Below, piece after piece: positions 38,062 through 52,485 of a DNA stretch of 64,000 nucleotides (its first letter is position 1; every line of letters starts with the position of its first letter). A program made the translations under genes and the position numbers. Below the pieces are notes generated by a model, which worked only from the letters and a program-made list of their open reading frames with translations, made no database searches and had not been told where the DNA came from. Origin of the DNA: Salpingoeca rosetta (Eukaryota > Protista > Choanoflagellata); assembly GCA_033442325.1 (NCBI GenBank), contig JAWQFM010000008.1:62001-126000 (forward strand), given 5' to 3'.

Positions 38062-38316
38062 ATGAGATCAAGCCCGCGAGCGGTGGCGCCGCAGGCTTTG
38101 GCCGTGTGCGGCGTGATTGCGTTTGTGCTGCTGTTTCGGGAGTTTTATCTCATCCGCACGACGCTGACGGAGATGCACCAACACCAGACACAAGGAGGCA
38201 CGCCACCCCTGCTGCGAGGTGCGATAGAGAGCGGGGATCAGGCTGCCGTCAAGGCACACGCCCCCGTCCACGTGAACACTCGAGAAGTGGACTCCACAAC
38301 TGCTCCACCACAATCC

Positions 38317-38380
<64 letters not shown>

Positions 38381-39438
38381 AGAAGAAGAATGGGTTTGTG
38401 GAGCCTGTACGGGACCCGTCGTGGGTGCTGCTGCCCGATGATGAAGTGAAGGTCGTTGAACGCCTGCCTGGAGAGGGCGTCGTTGGGCCCGACATCTTGG
38501 ACGTGGAGCGGCAAGGGCGGGGCGTCCTCTTCAACGCCATCCACAAGGACCCCGACGCGCAGCGCGTGTCACGCGCCATCGCCGAGGCCGCACGATCCGC
38601 CAAGCGCATGCACACGGTGCTGGCAGAGGCTGGCCTCGAGGATCGCTACGGCTTTGCCCTCTTCACGGAGCGCGCGCCTTGGGAGTTTATGAACGACGAT
38701 GTGCGCTGCAGGGACCACCTGTGGTCCGAGTGTGCAGAGTTTCGGGAAACCAAGGCCTACTTCACGCACGTGCGCTTCTACGACGACCTGAACATCCCGC
38801 CGGTCATTGAGCGGCGTGAGCGGTTTCAGACTTGGCCGCGCCTCTGGCTCATGCGCATCATCGCCACCCTCAACTCGCCCTTTGAGGAGACGCTCATTGT
38901 CGACTCGGACGTGTACGCGTGCAGCACCTTTGACCGCATCTTCGACGACTTCCTCGGCAACGGCGACGTCGCCATAACGCAGGCGCCAGCGCCGTTTGGC
39001 AGCTCCCGTAACTACAAGGGCGCCTTCCGCACAGGCTTTCCGATGCGCTACGAGGAGTTTACGGAGCGAAACCTGGGCCTGCAGCTGCTGCGGACGGGCG
39101 ATGTGCGCGTGATGCAGCTTGTCTCGCTGTTCCGCGACGTGTACGTGCGGCAGGTGAACGATACGGCTCGCGTGAGCATCGGCAACGACCAGAGCGCTTT
39201 CAGGGAGGCGCTCTTCACCATGGGCAATGATATCCAGGAGACAATCATCCCGCCAAACATTGGCTGCAGGCATGACGCTGGGTGTGCGGACGGGTGCCTG
39301 CTCGTGCATCGGCACCACCGCCCAGAACTCTCTGGCAAGGAGTACCAGGAGTGGAAGCGGCAGCAGAATGAGCTGCAGAAGCAAAAGCAGCAGCAGCGAC
39401 AACAGCAGCAAGAGGAGGGAGGGGAAAATCAGAACTAG
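38062..39438 (+). CDS. Intronless 458-aa type II membrane GT-A fold glycosyltransferase (DxD; GT8/GT71-like)
   Basis: N-terminal TM ([20 protein letters not shown]), poly-N stem, [16 protein letters not shown] (DxD motif), [15 protein letters not shown], late His (LLVHRHH). Confidence 0.85.
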
Positions 39439-39473
39439 GGCGCTTAGCAATATGTTTCCGCGTGCGTGTGTGC

Positions 39474-39548
<75 letters not shown>

Positions 39549-39779
39549 ATTGGCTGTACCCGTGAAAGGGACCCTGTGGTTTGCTTTCCTGGTTTCCTGT
39601 ATGTGCTCTTCTCATTGTGTTTGCTGCGCGTGTCTGGGCATCACACTGTGTAATTGGTTCATGTGCTGAATAAACCCGCGCTTGTGCTCTTGCTCTGGTA
39701 CACGTTTGTGTTCGTTGTGTTTGCGTCTCTGGGTGATGAGAAGATGGAGATCGTCGCTTTCAGATGTGGGAGGGGGGAT

Positions 39780-39856
<77 letters not shown>

Positions 39857-40849
39857 CGTGTGTGTGTGTGTTGTAGTTTTTTTTTGTTTTTTGTTTTTGG
39901 TTCGTTCGCATGTGGGCATGTGGGCATGAGCGTGTGCTAGGTGATGGTGCTCGCGGCTCTCCAGTGAAATGTACTCGTTCTATAATGAGACCAATACGAC
40001 CTTTCCAGACTAAATTGTCGTAACACCTTGTGCAAATTCAAGTGGCGTAGGTTGACACCCATTCCACACATATTATAGTTGCTCCAAATAATGTTTGTGT
40101 GTGTGTTTGCGCGTGTTTGCGCGTGTTTGCGCATGCTTGTGTGGATATGTGTGTGTGCAGTATTTGTCTTTGTCTTGCTCCTTTATTCTCCACAGCAGTG
40201 GCACTCGTGCTCCTCTACTCCCTAGCTGCACCCTGGTTATCGCAACTGCGCCCCTGCCCCAGCCCTTTGGCCACAACAAAAGAAAAAGCCGTGCCGAACA
40301 CCAAACGCGAACAATCGCCCATGTGCGTTTCTGTTCGAACAATAAGATGTTCGTGTTTGCATCCTCCAGACCATGATTGCCATTCGTGTGGTGGCCACAC
40401 GTCAACATGCGCGTGCGTCCAGTGGTGGTGCCTGCAGGCAATCACAGACACGCAAGCAGCTGTTCAAATTGGTCGCCGAGTGTTCAGGTCCAACCAAGCT
40501 TGAACACCTCCCCCCCCCCCCCTCCACAGCGCACACGATTGTGTCCCTGTCGTTACTTGGCTTCGCAATCACTTTCCTTTTCACTCACCGTCGCGGCGTC
40601 AACAACAGCGAGCCCGCAACCAGACGAAAAAGAATGCAACAACGGCAACAGACACAGCGCAGCAGCTGCGCAAGAGGGGAGAAAATACCAGGCGTGTGTG
40701 CGTGTGGGGGGGGGGGGGAGACGTAGGCCAAAAAAGGTGTACACAAACAAAACGCTCAACCGCACATCAAGCAAAACGCTCAACCGCACACCAAACAAAC
40801 GGAAACGAACCACAAACAAGAGTAGACAGCAGCATGGTAAGGCATGCGC

Positions 40850-41785
40850 TCATGCGTCGCTTGTTTGGAGCGCCGGGTTTGTGAGGATGGACAGGACGTT
40901 GTACCACGTGGCCAGGGCCTCGGGTGACGGGCACTCGAGGTAGTAGATGCGCAGCGGCGTCTCAAGCGCAATCACGTCCTGATGGCGCGAAAACTTGTGG
41001 GCGACGAGGCTCGACGGCCGTGGCTTGTACGCGCGCTGCAGCTCATCCTACGACAAAGCAGGGCAGCAAGGGTGAGTGTTTGTGTGCGAGAATGTGTTTG
41101 TTTGTTTGTTGTTTGTTTGTTTGCTTGCTTGCTTGCTTGCTTGTTTGTTTGGTTTCTTGTTTGTGTGGGGTTGCTTGTTTGTGTGTGTGTGTGTGCGTGT
41201 GTGTGTGGGTGTATGTGTGTGCATGCGGGGTACGGGGAGGCGGCGACGCAATGCAGTGCAGCACCAGAGATGCTTGCCACCTCAAGCACACGCAAGCAAT
41301 CGCACAAACACAACACCAGCAGCAGGCAAAACAAAACGTACGATTGGGAGGCAGTTCTTTTCTTTGCGGGCGTTCTCCGAAGCATAGTACTTGACAGTCT
41401 GCAAGCGAAGAGAGGAGGACCAGCACACCAGCACGTGATAAGACACAGCAACAACACTGCTGCGAGTGATGCATCACACACACAAACACACACACACACA
41501 CGCAAACACACACAGATACACACCATGTCGTTGAGGTCGACGACGAACCAGCGGTGCCTCCAACTCCTCTTCATGTTGCCGAGCTTGTACATCCAGCCCT
41601 GCACGATGCGATCAGTCACGTTCACGTCCTGACAACCACAGACCAACGTGCGGAGTGAGGGGCACACGCCATGGCAGAGAGCGTGAGCTGCGTACACTTG
41701 AACCAGCATCGCGGCTCGACAGCGAAGCAGGCAGGCAGGCAAGCAGGCAGGCAGGCAGAACACACACACACACACACGCGCGCGC

Positions 41786-41819
<34 letters not shown>

Positions 41820-41860
41820 ACACACACACACACGCACACACACGCACACGCACACGCACG

Positions 41861-41904
<44 letters not shown>

Positions 41905-42407
41905 CACACACACACACACCGGGGTGCTTGGCGGGCGACCCATAAGTTGCGTCACGCGCTTCTTGAAGGAGAATTCGGGGCGGCGGAAATCCTGGGCAGA
42001 AGGTGCGGGCGACAGCAACATGCAACTTTCATGTGAGCATGACGCGCAAAACAATGCAATGCAACAACACAAACACACACATGTACACGCACACACATAT
42101 GCACAAAGACACGCACACGCACACGCACGCAAACACACACACATACACACACGCGCGCGCGCGCACGCACACGTACCGCGTCTCTGCGTTCCTTCTCCTC
42201 GCGAGCGCGCTCTGCCTCGAGTCGTGCCTCCTCTGCCATGCGTTCCTGCTCGGCGAGACGGGCCTCTTCCTCGGCCTTCTCCCGCGCACGCCGCATCTCA
42301 TCGGCAAGGCGCGCTTGTTCTTCGGCCTGCACACCATGAAGTAAAGACAGCACACGTCAGCATCGGTGACGGGCATGGAAAGGAGACAGGCACAGGTACG
42401 GGTAGAC

Positions 42408-42472
<65 letters not shown>

Positions 42473-43821
42473 TGAACTCGTTCGCGCACGCACCTTCCGC
42501 TGGGCTTCCTGGCGCTCCTGTTCTATCTTCTCCATCATCTCCTTGAACCTGAAACACACACACACACACACACACAGGCATACGCGCGCGCAAAACATGC
42601 ACGAGGGTGTGAGCAGTCGTGGAAGGCAGAGTGCGCAGCGATTGCACAACCACCCCGCCTCGCTAAACACCCCCGTGTGTTAACGCACTCTTGCTCCTTC
42701 TGCATCACAGAGAGGCGGTACTCCTCCTCCTTCTTCTTCGCGAGCTCCTGTGCCTCCGCGGCAGCTGAACCAGTCAATACGCACATAGGCAGGAGAATGT
42801 GAGCACACGGGAAGAAAAAGAGACACGAGGAACAGAGACACGCACACACAAACGCACACACACACAGAAACACGCAAACACACACACACATGCGCACGCA
42901 CACACACGCAAACACACATGCGCACGCAAACACCCGCGTGGATGGCCTGACCCTTTTCGCTGGCGAGACGGGCCTCCTCAGCAGCGCGGGCCTCGGCCTC
43001 GTACTTCTCGCGTGCAAGCTTTTCCCGCAGCTGCGCGTCGGCCTGGCGCTTCTTGCGTGACTTCGTGCGCATAAAAGCCTGCTTCTTCGCCTCCTTCTCC
43101 GCCGCCTCAATCTGCCGCTTGGCCTCCTCAGCAGCCTGCATCACACACGCGCACACACGCACACAACGCACACGCACACACACGCACACACACACACACA
43201 ACACGCACGCACACACACACACGCACACACAGAAAAATAAGCACATGTGAGAGTGAGAATAAGTCGCGAAACAGACAGTTGTCACAAGCATGCATGACGC
43301 GAGCGCATGGGTATCGTGGTGGTGGGTGGTGGCTGCACCTTTGCAAGGAGCTCCAGCTCCTGCTGCTTCGCCTCAATTTGGGCCTTCATCTGCTCGGCCT
43401 CGGCCAGTGCCCTGGGGTCGCGCACAACACAACAGTGAGGCATGAGCGGGACAGGAGAGGGAGAAGCAAACTGGAACACACGTGGCGAAAAAGGTGCACA
43501 CACTGGCTAGCAGATGAATGCGACAGACACACAGACACACACATAGACCCACACACAGAAACAGACAAAACGCCGCGGGCACAGCACCTCTCTCGTTCGC
43601 GCTGGGCCTCCTCGGCCTCCTTGGCCTTGAGCTCGGCGAGCCGGCGCGCCTCCCCCGCGTCCTCAATTTGCTGCAGACGCAGGGCCTCCTGACGCGCACG
43701 CTCAGCCTCGGCCTCGGCCTTCTTCGCCTCCAACTCGTGCGCCAGCCTGACCAGGTGTGAAACCAAAATGCAATGGGTGAGTCGCCGTGCAGTGGTGCAG
43801 TGGTGGTGCTGTGGGGCGACG

Positions 43822-43859
<38 letters not shown>

Positions 43860-44401
43860 CACACTCCCACAAAGCGTTCGCACATGCACACTAAAACACG
43901 TACGCGCGCACACACACACACGCACACACACACACACACACGTCAACACATGCAGACCTGATTTCCTCAGCCTTGCGGGCTTCGAGTTCGGCCTTTTCGC
44001 GCTCGAGGCGTTGGCCCTCAAGCAGTTTCTCTATCTCCGCCTGGCGCTTCGCTTCCGCAATCGCTCGTTGCGCAGCCTCGCTGCACAACGGGTCACCAGT
44101 GTTTGATTTGGGGGAAGGGCGATGAGGTGTGTGATCAAACGCACAGACAAAAGAGGGAGGTGTACGAGTGCAAGTGTGCTGTTTTTAAAAGGGTAAATCA
44201 GTCACTCCTCGTGCAACTTCACATCATCACATCATGACACCATCACATCATCTCACCGCTTCTCGGCCTCCGCGCGCTGTGCAGCAGTCATGCGCGCGCG
44301 CTCCTGCTTCTTTTTAAAGACCTTGCGCGCAAAGTGAGAACGCACAGCACACTGGGTGCGGACCTGTGGTTGGCGGGTTGTGGCACGTGGGTGCATCGTG
44401 G

Positions 44402-44450
<49 letters not shown>

Positions 44451-44866
44451 CGCTCGAAAGCGATACTCGAGGACAAGCAAGAACAACAACACAACGCACA
44501 AACACACGGCAGAATGAGAACGAGGAAACGAACGAAACAAGGTCAAACAGCAAACACACATACACACAATACACACGTATACATATGCACGCACGGGTGT
44601 GAACACTTACGACGTCGTCATAGAACTTCTCCATGGCCTTCTCGAGCAGGTCGAGGTGGTAGTACTTGAGGAACAGCTTTGTTTTGCCAACCTTCCAGTT
44701 CTGCAGACCCGCATACTGGATGATCTTCACTGCCGTCGCTTCCGTCTGCTTCACTTGGTTCAGCTTCGTCACAGGGAATGCAATGATTTTGTACCTGCGC
44801 AGTCGGCAGACGTCGAATGAGATGTCTTTGTCATCAACGCGGCCACTGATCGAGCCAAAAGGGCAG

Positions 44867-44904
<38 letters not shown>

Positions 44905-45110
44905 CGTTGCGCACCTTTCGACGAATTCGGCAAATGCCGGGCGCCAGGAATATCCCTCCTGGCGGATACGGGTTGCCTCAAGCACGCCTGCGCAGCGGTG
45001 CGTGTGTGAGACACGACGGAGGCGTGATCGCACACGGCCAGCCTGAGCACTCGCAGAAGAGCACAGGACAGCACACACACACACATACACAAAGTCGTAC
45101 AAATGCGCAC

Positions 45111-45166
<56 letters not shown>

Positions 45167-47360
45167 GCCGTGCAAAGACGCACACGCACGACGCAGCAGC
45201 ACCCTCTCCCTCGCCCCCTCTCTCCAAACCGGATCACGACAACAGGAGACGGACAGACCTGTGTAGCCAAGCTGCTTGAGAACAAACTCGTCGATGAATT
45301 TGTCTGGGCGCTGGTCAAGGTTTGGCTTGATGCAGCGCACAAAGTGGGGGAAGCACGCGTTCATGCGCTCCACCAGGATGGAGAGGGAGTTCTTGAACTG
45401 CGAGGAGAGTGACGGTGTGCGTCGGTTGGCGGTGTTGTTGCTGCGCTTGGCAGGTGACTCAACCTCCTGTCCGCGTCGCACACGCCGCTGTTGCCGCGCA
45501 GGGGAGGTTGGGTAGCATGCGTGAGCAGTGGGTTGCATGTGAGCCAAATTGTGCGTGAGTTGTGTGTTGTGGTGCGTTGCAATCGTGTGACAACGCGAGC
45601 AAGGACGTGGGTGTGTATCTGAGTGCTTCACGACAACAAGCTGGCACGGCATCCATGGTGACACGTAGCGGAGGGAAAAGGGAAGGTGGAGGTGAGCACA
45701 GCCCCTGCGCGCTCACCTCGACGTCATGCTGGACGGCGCGGATTTGGCCCGTCGGCAGGATCTCGCCATTGAAGACGTCGTTCACAACGCCGCGGTCGCA
45801 CGTCTGCACGTGGTGTGACGGTCGTGGCAACGATTGACGCGTGAGCACACTTGACAGCACTGGTAGTACCACACATTATTCCACGCGAAAGGCTCCCCAA
45901 AGAAGTCACACACACGCACACACACACACACGCACGTACGCGCATGAGGTTGACAATGTCTGCGGCGAGGTTGTCGCGGTTCTTCTCAATCATGTTGGTG
46001 GCGTTGTACTCCACGTCGGCCGCAAAGTGCTGGATGGTGAATGCGGGGTGCCCGCGCGACACTTTCACAGGCAGGAACGCCCTAATGATGGTTATGATGG
46101 TGATGATGGTTGTGATGAGGATGGTGATGGTCGGGGTGGTGTGACGAAGGGGTGCCAAGAAGGCGTGAGAGTGGGCATGAGAGTGATGATTGAGAAGGAT
46201 CAAATTGCAAGTAGCCCCAGCAGCGACGAGCAGACAAGAGAGCAGGGATGGTGCGGGGAGTGGAAGCGTCTCAACAACTCACGGCACATCCTTGAAGTGC
46301 TTGTTGAGCTTGTCCACAAACGACTGGTCCGTCGCCTGTTGGTCAATCAATGAGCACCGCAGAGAATTCGCGCTTGTGAGGGAATGAAAACCAAGCAACA
46401 TACTGTGCACACAAGGGCAAGTGGTTCAACACACACACACATACACAAGAGTACTAACCTGAGGGAATGCGCACTCCTCATCAAGAAGCGTGAGGATGCC
46501 GATGGGCTTTTGGAGAAACATCTGTCCATATGCAAATGCACCGTGAGCAATGGATGAAAAGGTGAGGGCGTACTGTCGCAGCACAGCCAACCAACACACA
46601 CACACACACACATGCATGCACATACTACGTGTACAACGCAGGCAAAGCGCGGGGCGTACGTCGAGGAGAGGCTTGTTGTCGCGGTATGAGATGGATGCGC
46701 CATCAATCCCTTCGGCCTCGTATTCCTCAAGCTCAAGGCGGAACGTGTGCTGGTTGAAGAAGTATTGCAGCTGCTCGTGCGCAAGGTTGATGCAAATCTG
46801 CTCAAACGAGTTGTCCTGAAAGTTCTCAAAACCGAAAATGTCGAGCACACCAATCTCGTACGTCGGTGCAACGCGGCTCGCAGCACCGGGGCGGCCCTCT
46901 GTCATTCGGAGAAGGGGTGTCGGTATGTACGTTAGGATGTGTGTGAGCGCGCGTGGTGCATGTGTATGTGCATGTATGTTTCATGTATGTGTGTGCGCGT
47001 GTGCGTGCGCGTGTATGCAACGCACTTGCAATCTTGAGCTGCTGCAGTTCCGGGGAGAGCATCTCGTTGATGCGCTGGACGATCCATCCGAACATGCTCC
47101 CGTACAGCGCCTGCACACAGCACCACGTGCACGCCAACGCAACGTGAGACGGCGACGACGGTATGTGCACAGCACAGAGCAGAGCAAAGTACAACACAAG
47201 AAAACACTTCTGGACAGCAAAAGCATGATGGAGCGGAAAAACACCCGTGTACAGATATACACAAATGTGTCATACACACGCAGGCACAGTGTCATACACA
47301 CGCGCATACAACCATACACACGCACGCACAGTGTCATACACACGCTCATACAGACATTCA

Positions 47361-47398
<38 letters not shown>

Positions 47399-48648
47399 GA
47401 CGGCGCACCTTTGCGAGGGCATCGCGGCAGTCGTATGCGTGGTCGACGTCGTACAAGCGGCGAATTTTCTCACCGCGCGTGACCGTGTCAAAGCCGAGCA
47501 GGACACTCGCAAGGTCCTCAGGTGACACCTGCAGCCGCCGCGTGCATGCACGTCAGTGTATTGCTCAGTCGCCAACAATGGCATATGGTGCATGCACACA
47601 CACACACACACGCACACTCACACACGCACACACACACACATACACACGGAGTAAGGAGCGAAACGGAGCAAGATGGGCACCTTCAGGAGGTCAGCGGCGT
47701 GTGCGAGCGCGGGGCCATCCTTCATCTGCGCGTGCTCGCCCGCGGCCTCAAACTCAACGTTGCCGAGATGAACAACGGCAGCGAGCGTGCTGAACAGGTT
47801 GTCAAGGTCCTCATCGCTGAAGCCAACGACATCCATCGCCTCTGCACGCGGCCAGCAATAGTTGTGTGTGTGCATGTGTATGTGTACGCGTCGTGGCGTG
47901 AGTGTGAGTGCGTATGTGCGTGCGTATGTGTGTGCGTATGTGTGTGTGCGCGTATGTGTGCGTGTGCGTGTGTATGTGCGCGCGCTCATGCGTCGTGGCG
48001 TGATAATACACATACCCGCCCACCCACACACGCCTTCGAACAAGCACACACTCACAGTCACACACGCGCACGTACGTTCGCACAGCCACGCACGCAATCA
48101 CAACACCTCACCCTTGAGCTCGCGGTACATGTCTGCGTTGTCGAGCCAGGGCTTGCCGCCGAGGGAGTTGAATGCCTGCAGGCAAGCGCGAAGAGTGGGC
48201 ACACATGCGAATTAGAAGCACGTGGGAGATGATGATATGATGCAATGTCACTGGAAACGTTTTCATGGCATACCAGGCCGCCAATACACACACGCGCACA
48301 TGTGCGAGCGTTGGTACGCATGAACAAAGCAGCACGGGCGGACCGTTGTTTCGGTGAGGTGATACTTGTCCTTATCGGCGCTCTCAAAGAGGTAGTAGAA
48401 CACGTGGAAGTTGCGCTCCCCAAACGCCTGTGTGTGTATGTGTGGGTTGGAAAGCGGATGCGAGGGCGTGTGATAAGATTCAATGTGTACCACAAGTGGT
48501 AGACAAACACTGCACACGCACGCACGCACACACACGCACACACACACACACACAAACACAAGAGCATTCACGTACGCACACACACGCACATAAAAACAAG
48601 AGCATTCACACACACACACACACACACACACGCACGCACACGCACACG

Positions 48649-48699
<51 letters not shown>

Positions 48700-50518
48700 G
48701 CTCGACAACGCGCGATTTCTCGAGAAGATATTCCGAGATTTCGACGCCCATGGCGCGACCAGCGGCATCAAAGTAGAGGCGCGTGTACTTTCCAAATCGG
48801 GATGAGTTGTCGTTCATCACCGTCTGCGCATTTCCAAACGCCTCAAGCAGGGGGTTGATCTGTGCATGCAGGGTGGGGGTGGTGGGGATTGGTGGCGGGG
48901 ATTGCGTGTTCATGAGCGAAACGCATGCAGCGCAGCGCACGTGTGGTGCAGCCGATATCAATCGCAGAAGGGGAGAACAGCCAGCATGGTCAGGATTGGT
49001 GCAATGGTACAAAAGGCACCAACACACAGGCACACACAGACACACACACAGACACACACACAGACACACACACACATACAGCCCATGATGGGCACCTTGA
49101 GGATCTGCTCTTCGAGGTTGAGCTCGGAGGTCGACGGGTCCACGTCCCGGCACAGCTCAATGATGTAGTTGATTACCAGCTTTGCGCTCTCCGTCTTGCC
49201 CGCGCCAGACTCGCCGCTGTTGTTGTAAGGGCGTGTTTGTGTTTGTGTTTGTGTTTGTGTTTGTGATTGAACATGAACGTGAACGTGAGCGTGTAAAACG
49301 CCAGGCGCCCAGACGAATGTACCCAGTTCTCCACCACACAAATATACATACACGTAAATATACACACATACACACGCCCACACATACACACACGTGTTAG
49401 GCGCCTGACCTGATGACGGCGCACTGGTTCTTTTTCATGGTGAAGAGGTTGTGGTAGCAGGCGTCTGCAATCACGTAGATGTGCGGGTCCACGCTGTGGC
49501 GCGGCTGGTTGTTGTACGTCACCATCGTGTCTGTTATGACAGATGCACGGAAACACACGAAGAAGCACGATGCAGGCCATGCGTTGTTAAACCAGTGTAG
49601 TAATGAGTGATCTGCCAAGGCACGCAAAGGCAATTGTGCTCGAAACATGATATGAAGCGCAAGCAGACGGAGGGAACGCACTCGTGCCGTAGATGGGAAG
49701 CTGCTTGAACGGGTTGACAGCAATGAGGATGTCACTGATGAAGGTGTAGATGATGTCGCGCTCGTAGCGCACCTAACCAGAGCAGTTGCGCCAACGGAAG
49801 GAAGCAAGCAAGCAAGCGCACATGAGTACAATCTCAGCGGTTGGTGGCGCTTGTGACACTGGCTGTGCAGCACGAATGCAAATGTGGCTCATCCCATGAA
49901 CAGCGGCATGACTCGAGGTACAAGCCCATGTATCGGGCACGCACGCACACACACACACACACACACACATACACACACATACACACACGCACACACCTTG
50001 ATCTCCTTCAGCAGCGTCTGTTCGTTGAGGTTTGTGAGCTTGGCAAGGTCGCCCACTTCACCCGTGACATGGTCAGGTGGCGGTGCGTAGAAGGCGTCGT
50101 CCTCTTCCTTGGGCGTGTCGTCCTGTTGCTGGGTTTCAGTCGTCGCTGTCGATGCTGCTTGTTGTTGTTGTTGTTCTGCTTCTGGCTGAGTTGGGGGTTC
50201 AGCCTCAGCGGCGTTGGAGGTTGTCTCAGCGGCATTTGGGGTAGCGTTCTCACCCCGATCGCTTTCGGGTTGGCTCATCTCGCCTGCCTCCTCCTCAGCG
50301 TCGTCGTCGCTGCTGCCGGCCTCTGGCTCCTCGTCAGGTTTGGCTGCCTCAGTAGCCGTGGCACCTTGCTGTTGCTGCTGCTCGTCAGCCTGCTGTTGCT
50401 GCTGCTGTTGTTGTTGTTGTTGTTGTTGTTGTTCCACGGCTTGTTCATGCTCTTCAGTGGTGGGTGCCTCCTCTTCAACTGCCTGAGGAACATCCTGCGT
50501 GTCCTCGGAAGACGACAT
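40850..50518 (-). CDS. Unconventional myosin with class III-like motor and no kinase: acidic/Gln-rich N-terminal extension, motor, one IQ, ~300-aa E/R/K/A-rich helical tail, C-terminal PH domain; more than 25 exons
   Basis: Motor motifs [30 protein letters not shown] (P-loop), [24 protein letters not shown] (switch I), LDIFGFENF (switch II), [41 protein letters not shown]-like [14 protein letters not shown] motifs [21 protein letters not shown] and [24 protein letters not shown]. Stop at 40850-40852. Confidence 0.93.
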
Positions 50519-51316
50519 GCTGCCGCTGTTTTCCTGCGAAGATGGATGGGGGGTGATGCAGCGGGCGTAGGTTGGTTGCTGCTTTCACTGTTTGTGTGTT
50601 TTGTTGTTTGTGTTGGTGCGCCAAGAACAACTCAGCAGCGTTGCGGAAAATTGGCAAAGTAGTGCAATATCCAAATGGACCCACTCGTGCATTTTGAACA
50701 CAGATACTGAAATCAGTCGAGATGGCTGGCGTTGTGTTGCTTGTTGTGCTTGTTGTTGTTTGTTTGGTGTGTGTGTGTCGACATCACTCTCACACACACA
50801 CACACACTCTCTCTCTCTCACACACACACACACGCAGATTCACACCCTGACACGCTCACACACGCGTTTGACGATGATGATTGTGTACAATCAAAGAGAG
50901 GACGGGGAATGTGCACAATCCATCAATCAATCAATCAGTCAATCAAGCGGCCCGAGCAGTCAAGACTTGATCACTCGTGGCAATCATTCAGAAAAAGAAC
51001 ATGTAACAACAAACGCACACACACAAACACACAAACACACACAAGAGGGAGGGTGGAAGGCAAAGCCGCAAGACCGCCCAGTCACCACCCATCAGGCAGG
51101 TGACTGCAGGTGGTTGGGGGCAAGATGGGCTTGGGGAAATGGGTGTGTGGTGGGGAGAGGGGGTTTTCGAGGGAGCGGGGGGGGGGTAGTTGATGTGTGT
51201 GCTAACGAAGGATGCAAACGGGAGGGAAGCCGTTGGCTGATGACAGCGGACCAGGGAGAGGCGGAGAAGCGTCCTCATTTCGCTCACTCACGCTCACCCA
51301 CAACGCGCGCTTGGGC

Positions 51317-52444
51317 TCAAGCACGAGCGAACTCAATGCGAAGAGCACCGTCGCCCAGGAGCTGCAGGGTGGGGGTGCAAGGAAAAAATGGCGGCAGTTG
51401 GGGTGAGGAGGGCATGGATGGCAAACATGCTCAGCAGGTGCAGTATGTCACAAGAGTTTCATGTACCCATCACATTTGACTCGTCGCCAACGCACGCAAG
51501 GCACCCAGAGCATGAAGGTGTGGTGCACACAACAAAGCACAGCATAACACCGCACACAGAGCATGCGCACACGCACCATCTGGCCGTTGGAGTTGACGGC
51601 AGCGGTGGCGTTGTCCTCGGTGTCAAAGTTCATGAAGGCGCTGTTGCGGCGCAGGTCAACAGACTGCACACCAGGGAACACACCCTTGAACTGCACAAAC
51701 ACACACGCAAGTGGGTGATGTGAGATGCACAAGTTTGCCGAGTACCAGCAGATGGAAAAATAGCCCCTCACACTCATTCACACAACGTTCACACGCGCAC
51801 GTGTGATGTGCTTACGTCATCCTCGGTGGTGCCTTCAGGGTAGTTGGCGATGAACACACGCGTGTTTGGGCCAGTGCGCTCACTGCACCGAAAGACAAGC
51901 AACAATCATCACGAGTGAGAAAAGTGTGTGTGTGTGCGCGTGGGTGCGTTGCGTGTTCTTTGCTGTGGGAGTGGTTACAGCAGTGCCAGCAGCATCAGCA
52001 GCATCAGCAGTGCCAGCAAAGACATGGGTGGGGTGTACCGTGGGCCGCGGCGGCGGGGGCGGCGACGGCGACGAGGCATCTCCTTGGAGACAACCAGGTT
52101 CACCTCTAAGCAAGGCCAAGCAGAGCACGCAAGGGAAAGAGAGGAGCAAAGCAGAGTAAGAGAGAAGCAAAGCAGTGTGTGAGTATGATGCAGCCAATCA
52201 ACGACACCCGCCATCAGCACCACCGACCACCATTCCGACCACCAACCCTATTCAACTCCACCACCGTTCTGAACTCCCACTCCCTCTGCCCGTGGGCGCA
52301 CCGTCGTTGAGGTTGACGTCGTTCTGCTCAAGAGCAACGTCTGCGTCCTCCTCCGTGGCGAAGGTGACGAGCGCAAACCCGCCGCGCGGCCGCTCGTACT
52401 TGGTGATGTCGCCGGCAAAAAAGCCGCGCACAGCATCATCTGAA

Positions 52445-52485
<41 letters not shown>

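Noticed and set aside
38062-39438. Identification as S. rosetta jumble or couscous
   Set aside because: I cannot verify sequence identity. No PAN/apple domain is visible and the length does not match what I recall for jumble.
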